NCBI GenBank assembly: GCA_038245295.1
Contig: JBBRSP010000033.1
Coordinates: 1-64,000 of the forward strand
Length of the DNA stretch: 64,000 nucleotides
From: Candidatus Binatia bacterium
GTDB taxonomy: Bacteria > Desulfobacterota > Binatia > HRBIN30
Direction: 5' to 3'
The first letter of the stretch is position 1. Each line of letters begins with the position of its first letter. The notes under the pieces are model-generated. The model ran no database searches, had not been told where the DNA came from, and saw only the letters and a program-made list of their open reading frames with translations. The position numbers were made by a program, and so were the translations under genes. Shown here piece after piece: positions 10,186-20,208 of the stretch.

Positions 10186-10497
10186 CTACGCACCGCGATC
10201 GATGCGCTGAACGTGCTCACGTACCACTTCACGCGGGCACAGATACATGAAGGCCTTGCATGCGGCGATGAACACGATCAGGTCGTCGATCTCGCCGAAA
10301 AACGGGACTGTGTCGGGTAACAGATCGATCGGCGAGATGATGTAGACCGCTGTCAGGATCAGAATCGCTTTGGGAAGCCACGAAACACGCGCGTCGCGAA
10401 ACAAGCGCCAGTAGAGCCGCGCGAAGCGCGGCAAGTGGCGCAGTGTTTCCCAGTTGAGGGTTGTCGGCACCTGTGGCGGCGTTGACGGCGTGGCCAT
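10186..10497 (-). CDS. YkvA/DUF1232 membrane protein
   Basis: YIISPIDLLPDTVPFFGEIDDL signature. Confidence 0.9.
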   Translation of the reverse strand: MATPSTPPQVPTTLNWETLRHLPRFARLYWRLFRDARVSWLPKAILILTAVYIISPIDLLPDTVPFFGEIDDLIVFIAACKAFMYLCPREVVREHVQRIDRGA

Positions 10498-10530
10498 GGC
10501 TTGTCCTCTAATCACCGGGGAACGGTCTGT

Positions 10531-13500
10531 CTATGCAGCACCGCACCCGTCCAGCGCGTTGTTCACGGCGCGTAAGATCTCTTCGATGGTGATGGTGCCG
10601 TCGGCATTGCTGTCGCCGGCGATACAACGCGACAGCGGTGCTGCCTCGAGCGCGATGTTGACCATGAGCACCAACTCATCGACGGTCACCGCAACATCAC
10701 CATCGCAATCCCCGGTGCACATCGGTGCGCCCTCGACACTGGCAAACGCCTCGATGCTGGACGACGAGACGCCGTTCGCATCGATCGCGACGACGCCGTA
10801 CCCGTATTGGTGGCCGACCACGACCGTCGCATCGGTCCAGCTCGTTCGTGTGGTCTCGCCGAGCAACTGGCCGTCGCGGATGACTCGATAACCCGACAGG
10901 CCGGTTGTTGGGGACGCTACCCACTGCAACCGGACCGCTGGTTGCGTTTGGTCGACGCTGCTCGCCAACTGAGCTGGTGGTTCGGGCCTGCCAAATTCGA
11001 CGCTGCGGCTATTGTTCGCTTTGCTCGCCTCGACGATCAGGTTCGGCTCGTCGACCAACGCGGTAATGGTATGCAGGCCGCCGCGCTGGACCACATAGGG
11101 AAAGACCACCGACGCACTCCCGTCGAACCGCACTATGGATGCGACCGTGCGACTGCCCAACCGCGTATCGCCTTCAAAGAGCGACAGGTTGACTGGCGGA
11201 TCAGTCGCCAGTGCTTGAATGCCTCGGTTGTGTACCGTGACCGTGATTGCGATCGCATCGTTCACGCTCGGATGAGGATCGGAGACCGTGATCGAGCCAG
11301 GATCCAGGGCTGGGTCGGACAAATCGGCGATGGTGCTAACCTCCACCCGCATTGCCGGATTTGGACCTCCGGTGTGCGCAAAATCGGCGAGGTAGAGTGC
11401 GCCGACGTCTGGGTTGGTATCAGCAGCGATCTGTCGATGTTCGCCGCCGCTGTCGACGCTGCCGAGCGTCCAACTGAAGGATGAAGAGCCCAAGACGCCA
11501 ACAGCAAAACTCAAATCGCCGTCGGTTGGTTTGGCCGATGTGAAGGAGCGGAAGGCGATAATGGCGCGGTTGCCGTCGAGTGGGCGAACCGTCGGTTGCT
11601 CGGCGAACGCAAAACCAACCGCAGAGACACTCCAAACGCCGGCGCGCCGCTGCGCCGCGTATAGGCGGTTGCGATTGCCGTCGTTGGTCTGGTTCAAGGT
11701 GTCATCTGCCGACGCCACGAAGGCGATCAGTGGGTTGCCGGCAGAGTCGAAAGTGAGGCTGGCGGCATGCGCGCTTGCGGCGGCGCCGGTGACGATCTCT
11801 GGTGTTCCGGCCACAGCACCACTTGTGCGTGCGAATACCAACGCGCGGTCACTGCGAGTTGCCAGGGAGCCGTCACTGTCGCGTAGCCATGCGATCGCGA
11901 CCGTACCGGCGCCATCGACGCTCAACGTCAGCTCGAGTGCCGTGGCTGTGGTCGCATCGCTGATTGCCAGTGGCGTGGACCAACTCGTGCCGTCGTAGCG
12001 TGCCGTTGCAACCTCGAGGTGTCCGTTGGATTTGGCACGCAGCCAGGCCAAGGCGGCGCCTCCATGCGCGGCATCGGATCCCAGGGACGGCGCCGCATCG
12101 AGCGCCGTATCTTGGGTCAACGGCTGTGACGTCGACCACTGTGTTCCGTCCCACACGCTCCAGCGCAGGTCTTGGCCACTCAGGAGGTCATCGACTGAGC
12201 CGGCCAGAGCCTGCTCCCGAGATTGCTGATTCTGCACCCAGACGGCGACTGCCCGTCCCGCTGTATAGAACGCTACCTGCGGCTGGCTGATCACCCCAGT
12301 CTCACTATTCAGCGCCTGTACCGCACCCCAGGTCGCTCCGTCGTAGGCGCGGTAGACGAGTTGGTTGTCGCCCGTGCCATTCGAAGCCACCCAGATCGCA
12401 AGCGCCGCGCCGTTTGCGTCGGCCGCGATAGCCGGCTCCGGCGATCGCGTCCGCGCTGCAATTGCGTTCAATCCGGCCGAAGCGGACGTACATCCGCCGC
12501 CGATCGTCGGTCCCGACGCGGTTGTGGTGCTGGCGGAAACGCCGCCGCAATTGACCTCGAGCGGCATGGTGTTGTCGATTTCCAGACACGCCGGCCAGAC
12601 GGTCGCCGGTGTGCGTGAGGCGTCGTAGGTGATCAGTCCGGGGAAAACGGGTTGCGACAAGAACGTCCCCGCCGCCCGGCATTCAACCCCCAGGAGATCG
12701 AAGGTGGATGCGTCGCCGACAATCGCCGGGGTGACGGTTGCCGTGAGGGATAAGTTGGAGTCGATCTGGGCGTCCGTCGATTCGCGCGTCGTATCGCATG
12801 GCTGAGTGACCGCGCACATCTCTACTGGTACGGATGGGCAGCCACTACAGGGCGCGGCCGTGTATGTTGTGCACGCCTGCAACGGTGGAATCGCGATGCA
12901 GTCGTCGTTCGACGATGATTCGGAAGCGGTGTATCCGGCGATCGATAGATGCGCCCCCGACGGGCCTTGCATGGCGACCGAATGGGTTTCGCCGGTCAGG
13001 CCGAACAACTGCGACGCGATGTCGAGTGTTGCGGAACCATTCCACGAATCATCCGTGGCGTAGGACTCGTGCACGCGCACCGAAGCTTCGTATCGCGCAT
13101 CCAGATTGCGCGACACGACACCTCCGCCCGGTGTTGTCACGGACGGCCGGAACGGTACAGAAACCACGAACTCCGGCGAGGCAAGCAAACCGGTAAACGT
13201 GTATCGCAAAGGCGCCGGTCCCTCTGCCGTGAGCGTGGTATTGCGCACGGCAGGGCTGAACCAGCGGCTGGCGAGATCGACGAGCCGCAATTTCGCCTGC
13301 TGCCGCGTTAGCACCGAACCGCGCCGCAACGCCGCCACCTCGAGCGTCAGGTCACCAGCCGCGAGATCATTGATGTTGAAGTCGGCGGTATACGCTTCCA
13401 GGCCGAATGTTTCGTCGTCGGCGATGATCGGCTGACGTGTCGAGGACGTGTTGGCCGCCAGGACATTTGCGCCGTCGAGGATTTGGAAGCGCACCGCATC

Positions 13501-16248
13501 GGCGCCCGATGTTGCTCCGAAGAACGATGCGTCGGCCCAGAAGCGAACGGTCAACGGCGGTAAGCCGACACCCAGCAACGAGGCGAAGTGCGCCGCCGGA
13601 TCACCCCGCAGATCGGTAACCACCACGGCCGCGTCACCCAGGAGCAGACCACCCGGTAGCGCCACACCACCGAGATGGGCCAACTCGACGCCACTCGTCG
13701 GCGGCGTGGTGGCCAGCAATGGCACGATACGGTTGGCTCCCGGCGACAGCAGGACCTCGGTAGTCGGGAAGTATGTCGTGGACGGCGAACAGGTCGGTGC
13801 GCCGGGGCATTGGGCATTGAGTGTGTAACGCCCCGCCTCCAGGCCCGAGAAGCGATAACGCCCGAGATTATCCGTGAATGTTCCGCCGACCGGATTGGCG
13901 TCATCTCCGAACAACTCGACGGGGGCGTTGGCGATGGTGCTGCTGCCGATTTGGACCGTGCCGGTGATGCTGGCTGGCGGCGTCGACAATACCGTAAAGG
14001 CGCTGCAGGCGAGGTCGTTACCGGCCGTGATCTGATCGATGTTCGAAACACACACGTCGGTATTGCCGAGGGCGGCGTCGGCCGGCACCTGAACCACGGC
14101 GCGATAGTGGTGGTTGCTGTCGGCGCTGGCGTCCGCCAGTGGTCGTAGCCCCTGACTGTCCCGCCAGAAGATCCGCACCGTGGCATTGCCGGGCGCCGCG
14201 TTGCCCTCTGCCGTAAAGGGTGTGCCGCGTATGCCGGTGTCGGGCGACAGCTCGAGAGTAGCGCTTGCGGCGGTTGGTGTGGCGGTTGCCGTTGGCTGAC
14301 GCGTCAGCGACGGACGCGACGGTTGGGAACTGGTCGGGGTTGGGCTCAGTGTCTCGGTTGCCGTCGCGGTGATCGTGCGGCTCGGCGTGTTGCTGCGCGT
14401 CGGCGACGGCGACAGGGTTGGCGTCTGAGTCGGCGATACGGAAGGCGTGGTCGTGCGCGTGTCCGTCGGACGTGTGGTCGGGCTCAACGTCGGTGTCGTC
14501 GTCAGGGTAGGTGTCGTCGTGGCCGTCGGCGTGCCTGTCAGGGTCTCGGTCGGCGTCAGGGTCGCGGTGGGACTCAGGCTTGGCGTCAGTGTTGGAGACA
14601 AGGTCGGCGTCATGGTCGGTGTCGTTGTGTTCGTCGGCACTGGTGAGCCGCCGACACACGAGTCCTGCACGCAACCACCCGCCGGCACGAAGATTCCATT
14701 GAGGGCGGCGCAGACCGCGAGCGAGACCGGGGCGTCACACTGCATCGTCGGTTCCAACCGCTGGCAGCAACCGAGGCCATCGAACGTTGGTGTCGCCGTT
14801 GGTGTCGCCGACAGCGATGGGTTCGGTGTAAGCGTCCGCGTCGGTGTGTTCGATTTGGTCGGCGTCAACGTCACCGTGCTCGTCGATGTCGGCGTGCCGG
14901 TGCGTGTTGCCGTGACGGTTCGTGTGCTCGTGCGTGTGGGCGTCGCCGTCGGTGAGCTGGTTGGTGTGCCGGTTTGCGTTGGTGTGCCGGTGACCGAGCT
15001 CGTGGAAGTCGGAGTTCTGGTGGAGGTGCGTGACGGGCTCGACGTTTGTGTCGACGTGGCGCTCGGCGGCAGCGTCCTGGTCGCGGTGCGCGTGATGGTC
15101 ACCGTTGCCGTCGATGACGGGCTCAGGGTGGTCGAAGGTGTTGGTGTGTTGGTGCGTGTTCGTGACGGGGACGGTGTCGGTGTCGTCGTACGCGTCGGCG
15201 TCGCGGTTGCCGTCGCGGTCGGCGTGTGGGTGTTGGTGCGCGTCCGAGTCGACGTCGCGGTCGGTGTTCCCGTCGCCGTGGGTGAGGCCGAGTTGGTGGG
15301 AGTTCTCGTGCGTGTCGGGGAGACGCTGGCGGTCGCCGTAATCGTCGCTGTGCGCGTCGGCGTCCGTGTCGTCGTGCGGCTCGGCGACGGGGTAGGGGAG
15401 TAGGGGATACCCGTGACGGTCAGCGTGAAGCTGCCGCTCTGGTTGCCTTTGCTGTCGACGACAATGACGATCGTTTGCCCACCGCTCAGCATGAGGTTGA
15501 CGCGCGACTGCTTGATTGTGCTGGTGAGATCGTCATTGCATCCGAGCTCGTCACCGGTGCAGGTGCCGAGGTGGACGGAGAGGGTCGTGTCCAGGGCCGA
15601 ACCTTCGGTCGACACCGTATACGCGCCGCCCGCCGGGGCGGTGTAGGTGAATACCGCGTCCGGCGCGCCGCTGCCGCCGTCGCCGCACGATTCGCTGACG
15701 CCGAGATTGGCGGCACACGTCGTCGTGCCGGTAGCGGAAGCGGGAATCGTGCTGCCGAGATCGCGCGGGTCATTGCGAAACGGACGTGGGCAATCTCCAT
15801 TGATTCGCAAAGCGAAGGGCCCGCTTTGGGCGGCAAACCCATCGACCGTGATGATGATCGTATCGCCGGCGGCCAGACTCAGGGCCAAACGCGAGCGCGC
15901 GTCGATCCCCGGGCTGATGTCGTCGTTACAGCCGAGCTCGTTGTGGTGCGTGTCGCGGACGTAGAGAACCGTGTCGAAATTGGTGCCGATGGTGTCGATA
16001 AAATAGGTGCCGGTGCGCGGTGCGGTGTATGTGAATGCCTTCTCCGGGGCCTCGCCACCGCCGCAACTGGAGACATCCTGAGAAGCTCCCGACGTCGTGC
16101 CGCTGAGGTTCGCCGAGTAGACGCCAGTAAGGGTCGTGCATGTTTGTGCCGCCGCACGCCCCATCCCGGAGAGTAGCAGCGCGACCAGCAGGCTCGCTAT
16201 TTTCAAGGTTTGAACAGAAGCTCCCACATCCACCCCGCGATTCGGCAT
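10531..16248 (-). CDS. Giant secreted multidomain protein (2 PPC-like domains, long PT tract, carboxypeptidase-regulatory-like, CARDB, Fn3, C-terminal dockerin-like module)
   Basis: Signal peptide; duplicated FTYTAP..DT.L..LGCNDD; VDEPNLIVEASKANN; CTGDCDGD..VTVDELV..VNIAL..GDSNADGTITIEEI..AVNNAL. Confidence 0.85.
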   Translation of the reverse strand: MPNRGVDVGASVQTLKIASLLVALLLSGMGRAAAQTCTTLTGVYSANLSGTTSGASQDVSSCGGGEAPEKAFTYTAPRTGTYFIDTIGTNFDTVLYVRDTHHNELGCNDDISPGIDARSRLALSLAAGDTIIITVDGFAAQSGPFALRINGDCPRPFRNDPRDLGSTIPASATGTTTCAANLGVSESCGDGGSGAPDAVFTYTAPAGGAYTVSTEGSALDTTLSVHLGTCTGDELGCNDDLTSTIKQSRVNLMLSGGQTIVIVVDSKGNQSGSFTLTVTGIPYSPTPSPSRTTTRTPTRTATITATASVSPTRTRTPTNSASPTATGTPTATSTRTRTNTHTPTATATATPTRTTTPTPSPSRTRTNTPTPSTTLSPSSTATVTITRTATRTLPPSATSTQTSSPSRTSTRTPTSTSSVTGTPTQTGTPTSSPTATPTRTSTRTVTATRTGTPTSTSTVTLTPTKSNTPTRTLTPNPSLSATPTATPTFDGLGCCQRLEPTMQCDAPVSLAVCAALNGIFVPAGGCVQDSCVGGSPVPTNTTTPTMTPTLSPTLTPSLSPTATLTPTETLTGTPTATTTPTLTTTPTLSPTTRPTDTRTTTPSVSPTQTPTLSPSPTRSNTPSRTITATATETLSPTPTSSQPSRPSLTRQPTATATPTAASATLELSPDTGIRGTPFTAEGNAAPGNATVRIFWRDSQGLRPLADASADSNHHYRAVVQVPADAALGNTDVCVSNIDQITAGNDLACSAFTVLSTPPASITGTVQIGSSTIANAPVELFGDDANPVGGTFTDNLGRYRFSGLEAGRYTLNAQCPGAPTCSPSTTYFPTTEVLLSPGANRIVPLLATTPPTSGVELAHLGGVALPGGLLLGDAAVVVTDLRGDPAAHFASLLGVGLPPLTVRFWADASFFGATSGADAVRFQILDGANVLAANTSSTRQPIIADDETFGLEAYTADFNINDLAAGDLTLEVAALRRGSVLTRQQAKLRLVDLASRWFSPAVRNTTLTAEGPAPLRYTFTGLLASPEFVVSVPFRPSVTTPGGGVVSRNLDARYEASVRVHESYATDDSWNGSATLDIASQLFGLTGETHSVAMQGPSGAHLSIAGYTASESSSNDDCIAIPPLQACTTYTAAPCSGCPSVPVEMCAVTQPCDTTRESTDAQIDSNLSLTATVTPAIVGDASTFDLLGVECRAAGTFLSQPVFPGLITYDASRTPATVWPACLEIDNTMPLEVNCGGVSASTTTASGPTIGGGCTSASAGLNAIAARTRSPEPAIAADANGAALAIWVASNGTGDNQLVYRAYDGATWGAVQALNSETGVISQPQVAFYTAGRAVAVWVQNQQSREQALAGSVDDLLSGQDLRWSVWDGTQWSTSQPLTQDTALDAAPSLGSDAAHGGAALAWLRAKSNGHLEVATARYDGTSWSTPLAISDATTATALELTLSVDGAGTVAIAWLRDSDGSLATRSDRALVFARTSGAVAGTPEIVTGAAASAHAASLTFDSAGNPLIAFVASADDTLNQTNDGNRNRLYAAQRRAGVWSVSAVGFAFAEQPTVRPLDGNRAIIAFRSFTSAKPTDGDLSFAVGVLGSSSFSWTLGSVDSGGEHRQIAADTNPDVGALYLADFAHTGGPNPAMRVEVSTIADLSDPALDPGSITVSDPHPSVNDAIAITVTVHNRGIQALATDPPVNLSLFEGDTRLGSRTVASIVRFDGSASVVFPYVVQRGGLHTITALVDEPNLIVEASKANNSRSVEFGRPEPPAQLASSVDQTQPAVRLQWVASPTTGLSGYRVIRDGQLLGETTRTSWTDATVVVGHQYGYGVVAIDANGVSSSSIEAFASVEGAPMCTGDCDGDVAVTVDELVLMVNIALEAAPLSRCIAGDSNADGTITIEEILRAVNNALDGCGAA

Positions 16249-16504
16249 GCAAAGTTCACTCGCGCGACCGTTTACAACACAACGGCGCTCCCTTTTGTAG
16301 ACGGAAATGACGAACTTTTCCTACCCTCGCTGGGCCCTGCCGAAAGTCTTCCGGGGGTTGTTCGACCGGCTGACGCCCGACCCACAACCACAGACCATTT
16401 TCGCACCCCGCACCCCGCACCCCGAAGCCCACCATCTCCTGTTCCGGACTGTTCGCTTGTCCCGCAATCGAATGATATCGGCCAAGCCTCGGAAGGACCA
16501 AGCC

Positions 16505-16963
16505 ATGACCCCACCCCTCGGTCTACTGCGTTTCATTCGCGCCATTCATCTCTGGCATTACACGTCGATCGTGCACCGCTGGGTCTATCGCGCCAGCGGG
16601 GGCAAAGTCGGCTACTCGGCCGGCGCCATCAAGAACCTGTTGCTGACGACGACGGGGCGCAAGTCGGGTGAACGCCGCACGGTGCCGCTCGCCTACTTCC
16701 CCGATGGCGAGACCTTCGTCGTGGTTGCCTCCAACGGCGGCGCCGATCGCGATCCGGCCTGGTGGTTGAACCTCCGGTCCAATCCGAGTGCCGAGGTGCA
16801 GATCGGCGACCGCAACATTGCCGTGACGGCGCGGCTGGCCAGCGATGCGGAACATGCTCGGCTGTGGCCGGAGTTGAAACGGGTCAATCCGTTCTACGCC
16901 GGGTACGAGCAGATTACCGACCGAGCCATCCCTGTTGTCGTGTTGGCAGCTCAGGGCAATTGA
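16505..16963 (+). CDS. Deazaflavin (F420)-dependent nitroreductase family protein
   Basis: LLLTTTGRKSGERRTVPL, VVASNGG..PAWWLNL..NP, TDRAIPVVVL. Confidence 0.92.
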   Translation: MTPPLGLLRFIRAIHLWHYTSIVHRWVYRASGGKVGYSAGAIKNLLLTTTGRKSGERRTVPLAYFPDGETFVVVASNGGADRDPAWWLNLRSNPSAEVQIGDRNIAVTARLASDAEHARLWPELKRVNPFYAGYEQITDRAIPVVVLAAQGN

Positions 16964-17089
16964 AGGTCGCGGTTGTGATGCCGTTCATGATCCGGATGCC
17001 GAGAGAATGGTCGATGTAGCTCTCCCATCTATCCTATCCGTCCTATTGGAACCCACCCGCTTACGCAGCCTCCGTGGACCCGATCGGTC

Positions 17090-17285
17090 GGTAGTGTCTC
17101 AGTTTGACCTGTTGGCGGCTGGCGGCTGGCGGGTGGTGGATCCCATCGCGGAGCGCGCGACTCCTTGGCGCCCATCGCTGGAATCCAAACCCTTAGCGGG
17201 TAAGGTGCCGTCTCCGGGCGCTACGGAGTCGCGCGCTCCGATTGGAGACCATTGGCGGGCGTGGATCCCAAATTGAGACGCTACC
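17090..17285. mobile_element. MITE family A, complete copy (~196 bp)
   Basis: TIR GGTAGTGTCTCAGTTTG / CAAATTGAGACGCTACC; flanking direct repeat GATCGGTC (17082-17089, 17286-17293); homologues at 24664 and 38295. Confidence 0.85.
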
Positions 17286-17356
17286 GATCGGTCGAAAGTC
17301 TTGCGAGTCCTCAGCGCGTTACTGCACGGAGCCTCGCAGAAGACAGCAGGTCCCGT

Positions 17357-18469
17357 ATGGCAGAACCCCTCAAGAATCAGTTTGGCGCCGCCATCCCGCG
17401 CACGATCGCCGCCATGATCGCGGCGGTCTCCCCGCGCTTTGCTACCGACGCTTTCCTGCGCGATGTGCTCTCCGGCTATGAAGCGCTGGAGCTGATGCCG
17501 CGCAGTCGGCACATCGCCGCAGCCCTGCGGCGGCATTTGCCCGACGACTATCCGCAGGCGGTGGCGATTCTTCTCGACTCGGTAGCCCAGGCGAACAAAC
17601 ACATAGCCGCGAATGGGATGACCTCGTTCCTGTTCCTGCCACACACGATGTTCGTTGCGGCCCATGGGCTGGATCACTTCGAGGAATCGATGCGGGCACA
17701 ATACGAGCTGACGCAACGCTTCACCGCCGAGTTCAGTATCCGCCCGTTTCTCGAGCGCCATCCGCAGGCGACTCTGGAACGCTTGCGCGTCTGGGCCAAA
17801 GATCCCAACCAGCACGTGCGGCGGTTGGTTTCGGAGGGAACGCGCCCGCGGTTACCGTGGGCGCCGCGCTTGCGGGCCTTCCAGAAGGATCCGCAGCCGG
17901 TGCTCGAGTTGCTCGAGTTCCTCAAGGACGATCCCGAGCTTTATGTCCGACGCTCCGTCGCCAACAACCTCAACGACATCGGCAAGGATCATCCCGACCT
18001 CCTCACGTCGACCGCACGACGTTGGTTGTCCGGCGCCACCGCGGAGCGTCGCTGGATCATTCAGCACGCCTTGCGCTCCGCTGTGAAGCGCGGCGAGGCC
18101 GGGGCGCTCGATGTTCTTGGTTTCGGTAAGACGGCGGCGGTGGAGGTGCGCAACGCCCGCATCAAACCCAAACGCGTGAAGCTCGGTGGCGCGGTGGCGA
18201 TTGCGTTTGACGTCGCCAACCGCAGCCGGAAAGCGCAACACGTACTGGTCGATTTCCGCGTCCACTTCGTGAAGGCCAACGGCAAGGCGAGCCTCAAGGT
18301 GTTCAAGCTGAAGACGGTCGAGCTGCCGCCGGGCGAGGCGGTGTCGCTAGGCAAGACGGTCTCGCTGGCCGAAATGACAACCCGCAAGCACTATCCCGGC
18401 ACGCATCGTGTCGACGTTCTCCTGAACGGCCGCAGTGAACCTCTCGGCTCGTTCGAGTTGGTGCGGTAG
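17357..18469 (+). CDS. DNA alkylation repair protein (HEAT-like repeat, AlkC/AlkD-related)
   Basis: TQRFTAEFSIRPFL, HVRRLVSEGTRPRLPW, YVRRSVANNLNDIGKDHP. Confidence 0.9.
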   Translation: MAEPLKNQFGAAIPRTIAAMIAAVSPRFATDAFLRDVLSGYEALELMPRSRHIAAALRRHLPDDYPQAVAILLDSVAQANKHIAANGMTSFLFLPHTMFVAAHGLDHFEESMRAQYELTQRFTAEFSIRPFLERHPQATLERLRVWAKDPNQHVRRLVSEGTRPRLPWAPRLRAFQKDPQPVLELLEFLKDDPELYVRRSVANNLNDIGKDHPDLLTSTARRWLSGATAERRWIIQHALRSAVKRGEAGALDVLGFGKTAAVEVRNARIKPKRVKLGGAVAIAFDVANRSRKAQHVLVDFRVHFVKANGKASLKVFKLKTVELPPGEAVSLGKTVSLAEMTTRKHYPGTHRVDVLLNGRSEPLGSFELVR

Positions 18470-18745
18470 GGGCGCTTCGAGAACCGCCCGGCGAAACGGC
18501 GCCACACCCACACGTGGCGGCCGAGGTTGAGCGCGGCGCTACTCGATCCGTTGCTGCGGCGCACGAGCGGCGGCGGCAAGAGCGGGCGGTTCTCGCCCCC
18601 CCCTGCAGGGCTTTGCACGCCGAGTCCCGGGACCCGAACCCCACGCAGAACTCGCGGGATTGCTACCGGAGCCCAAACCCGAGTACAGGTCAGTGAGAAA
18701 CGACGACGAAGGGTTCGATTCGGACGAGACGGGGAAAGAACGCTG

Positions 18746-19420
18746 ATGCCTCGATGGGAGAACGGCTACCTGACGCTCGGCAAATGGGACGGGATCCCGG
18801 TGCGTGTCCACTGGACGACACCGCTGGGGATCATTGTCCTCAGCGGTTTTCGGACCGAGCCAGTCGCCTGGTTGGCGTTGGCCTTCGTCATCTTCGTGCA
18901 TGAGCTCGGACATGCGCTGATGGTTCGCCGTGTCGGTGCCGGGGTGATCTCGATGGACCTGACCGGCATCGGCGGCGAATGCTCGTGGGTGGGCAGCGTG
19001 ACGCCACGCGGGCGCGCGTCGATTGCCTGGGGTGGAGTACTGGCACAGGCTCTCCTGTTGTTCGCCACCGTGGCCTGTGTTGCAGTGCTCGGCCGGCCGG
19101 ATAAGGGGCCGGTACAAGAGATCTATACGGCGTTCACTGCCTCAAACTTTTTGCTGCTGGCGCTCAATCTGGTTCCGGTTCGCCCCCTGGATGGGGTTGA
19201 GGCATGGCGGCTCGTCCGTATCCTTGCGCCAGGGCTGGCGCAGCGCGTGCGTCACGCGCATCGGGCCGTTGACGTGCGCATCGCTAGCCGTCGCCTGGAC
19301 GTCATCGATAAACGCGTCGACACAGGAGTGCTCGATCCGGATCTGGATGCGCAGCTCCAGAAGATTCTGACGCAAGCGGGCGGCAAGCCCTCGGCCAGCG
19401 ATCATCGCGATCCCGTCTAG
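18746..19420 (+). CDS. Site-2 protease / peptidase M50 family
   Basis: HELGH zinc motif, NLVPVRPLDG. Confidence 0.85.
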   Translation: MPRWENGYLTLGKWDGIPVRVHWTTPLGIIVLSGFRTEPVAWLALAFVIFVHELGHALMVRRVGAGVISMDLTGIGGECSWVGSVTPRGRASIAWGGVLAQALLLFATVACVAVLGRPDKGPVQEIYTAFTASNFLLLALNLVPVRPLDGVEAWRLVRILAPGLAQRVRHAHRAVDVRIASRRLDVIDKRVDTGVLDPDLDAQLQKILTQAGGKPSASDHRDPV

Positions 19421-20208
19421 AGCTTGGTGAAGTCCGGCGACCGCCGTTCCCGGAACGCGGCCAGCGCTTCACGGTTGGCCGGGCCACCGCGCAGGGCGGC
19501 GAAGCTTTGATTCTCGTGTTGGCGTGCCGCCTCGAGCGCATCGTGTTGCGCTTCGAGGAGCAGTTGCTTGGTGGCGACGAGGGAGTCGATGGGCATACGG
19601 GCAATTTCCTGGGCGACGCCAAGTGTTTCTTCGAGCAGAGTCGCTAGAGGGCAGACGCGATAGGCAAGCCCGCGTTGCAGCGCTTCCTGGGCGCTCATCC
19701 ACGCCGCCGTGTAGAGCAGGTGCGCCGTGGCCTGCCAGCCAATGCGGGCGGGGAGTAGCCATGTGCTGCCGGCTTCGGCGGTGACGCCGAGACTGACGAA
19801 GGGCGCGCGCACCCGCGCCTCTTCGGCCATGAACACCAGGTCGCAGTGGGGCAGCAGCGTGAGGCCGATGCCGACGCCTATGCCGTTAACCGCGGCCAGC
19901 AGCGGTTTTGGGAAGGACGTTACCGCATCCATGAACGGCTCGAAGCCGTGTGGCTTGCCATCGTTATGCCGGCGGCGCTCGGCCAGCTCGCCGAGATCTT
20001 GTCCGGCTGTGAAAGCGCGGCCTTCACCCGTAAGAACAACCGTCGCGACATCCTTGCTCCCGGCGGCATCGAGCAGGGCGTCGCGTACCGCATCATAGAG
20101 ATCGTCGTTGAAGGCGTTGAGTGCTGCCGGCCGGTTGAGGGTGAGTAGGCGAACGCGACCGCGAGTGTCGCAGCGCAGGGCCGCCTCATCGGATGAAATC
20201 TGGCTCAC
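19417..20208 (-). CDS. Enoyl-CoA hydratase/isomerase
   Basis: LTLNRPAALNAF, AFTAGQDL, PKPLLAAVNGIGVGIG; GTGA coupling to upstream gene. Confidence 0.9.
   Translation of the reverse strand: MSQISSDEAALRCDTRGRVRLLTLNRPAALNAFNDDLYDAVRDALLDAAGSKDVATVVLTGEGRAFTAGQDLGELAERRRHNDGKPHGFEPFMDAVTSFPKPLLAAVNGIGVGIGLTLLPHCDLVFMAEEARVRAPFVSLGVTAEAGSTWLLPARIGWQATAHLLYTAAWMSAQEALQRGLAYRVCPLATLLEETLGVAQEIARMPIDSLVATKQLLLEAQHDALEAARQHENQSFAALRGGPANREALAAFRERRSPDFTKL

Noticed and set aside
14270..15410. Periodic repeats suggesting an array; Val/Gly-rich ORF 14447..15403
   Set aside because: Coding Pro/Thr tract of the minus-strand gene; the + ORF is its antisense shadow. No constant repeat-spacer pattern, so not CRISPR.
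16378..16432. Short GCACCCC tandem repeat
   Set aside because: Only about three units, single locus, no function supportable from sequence.
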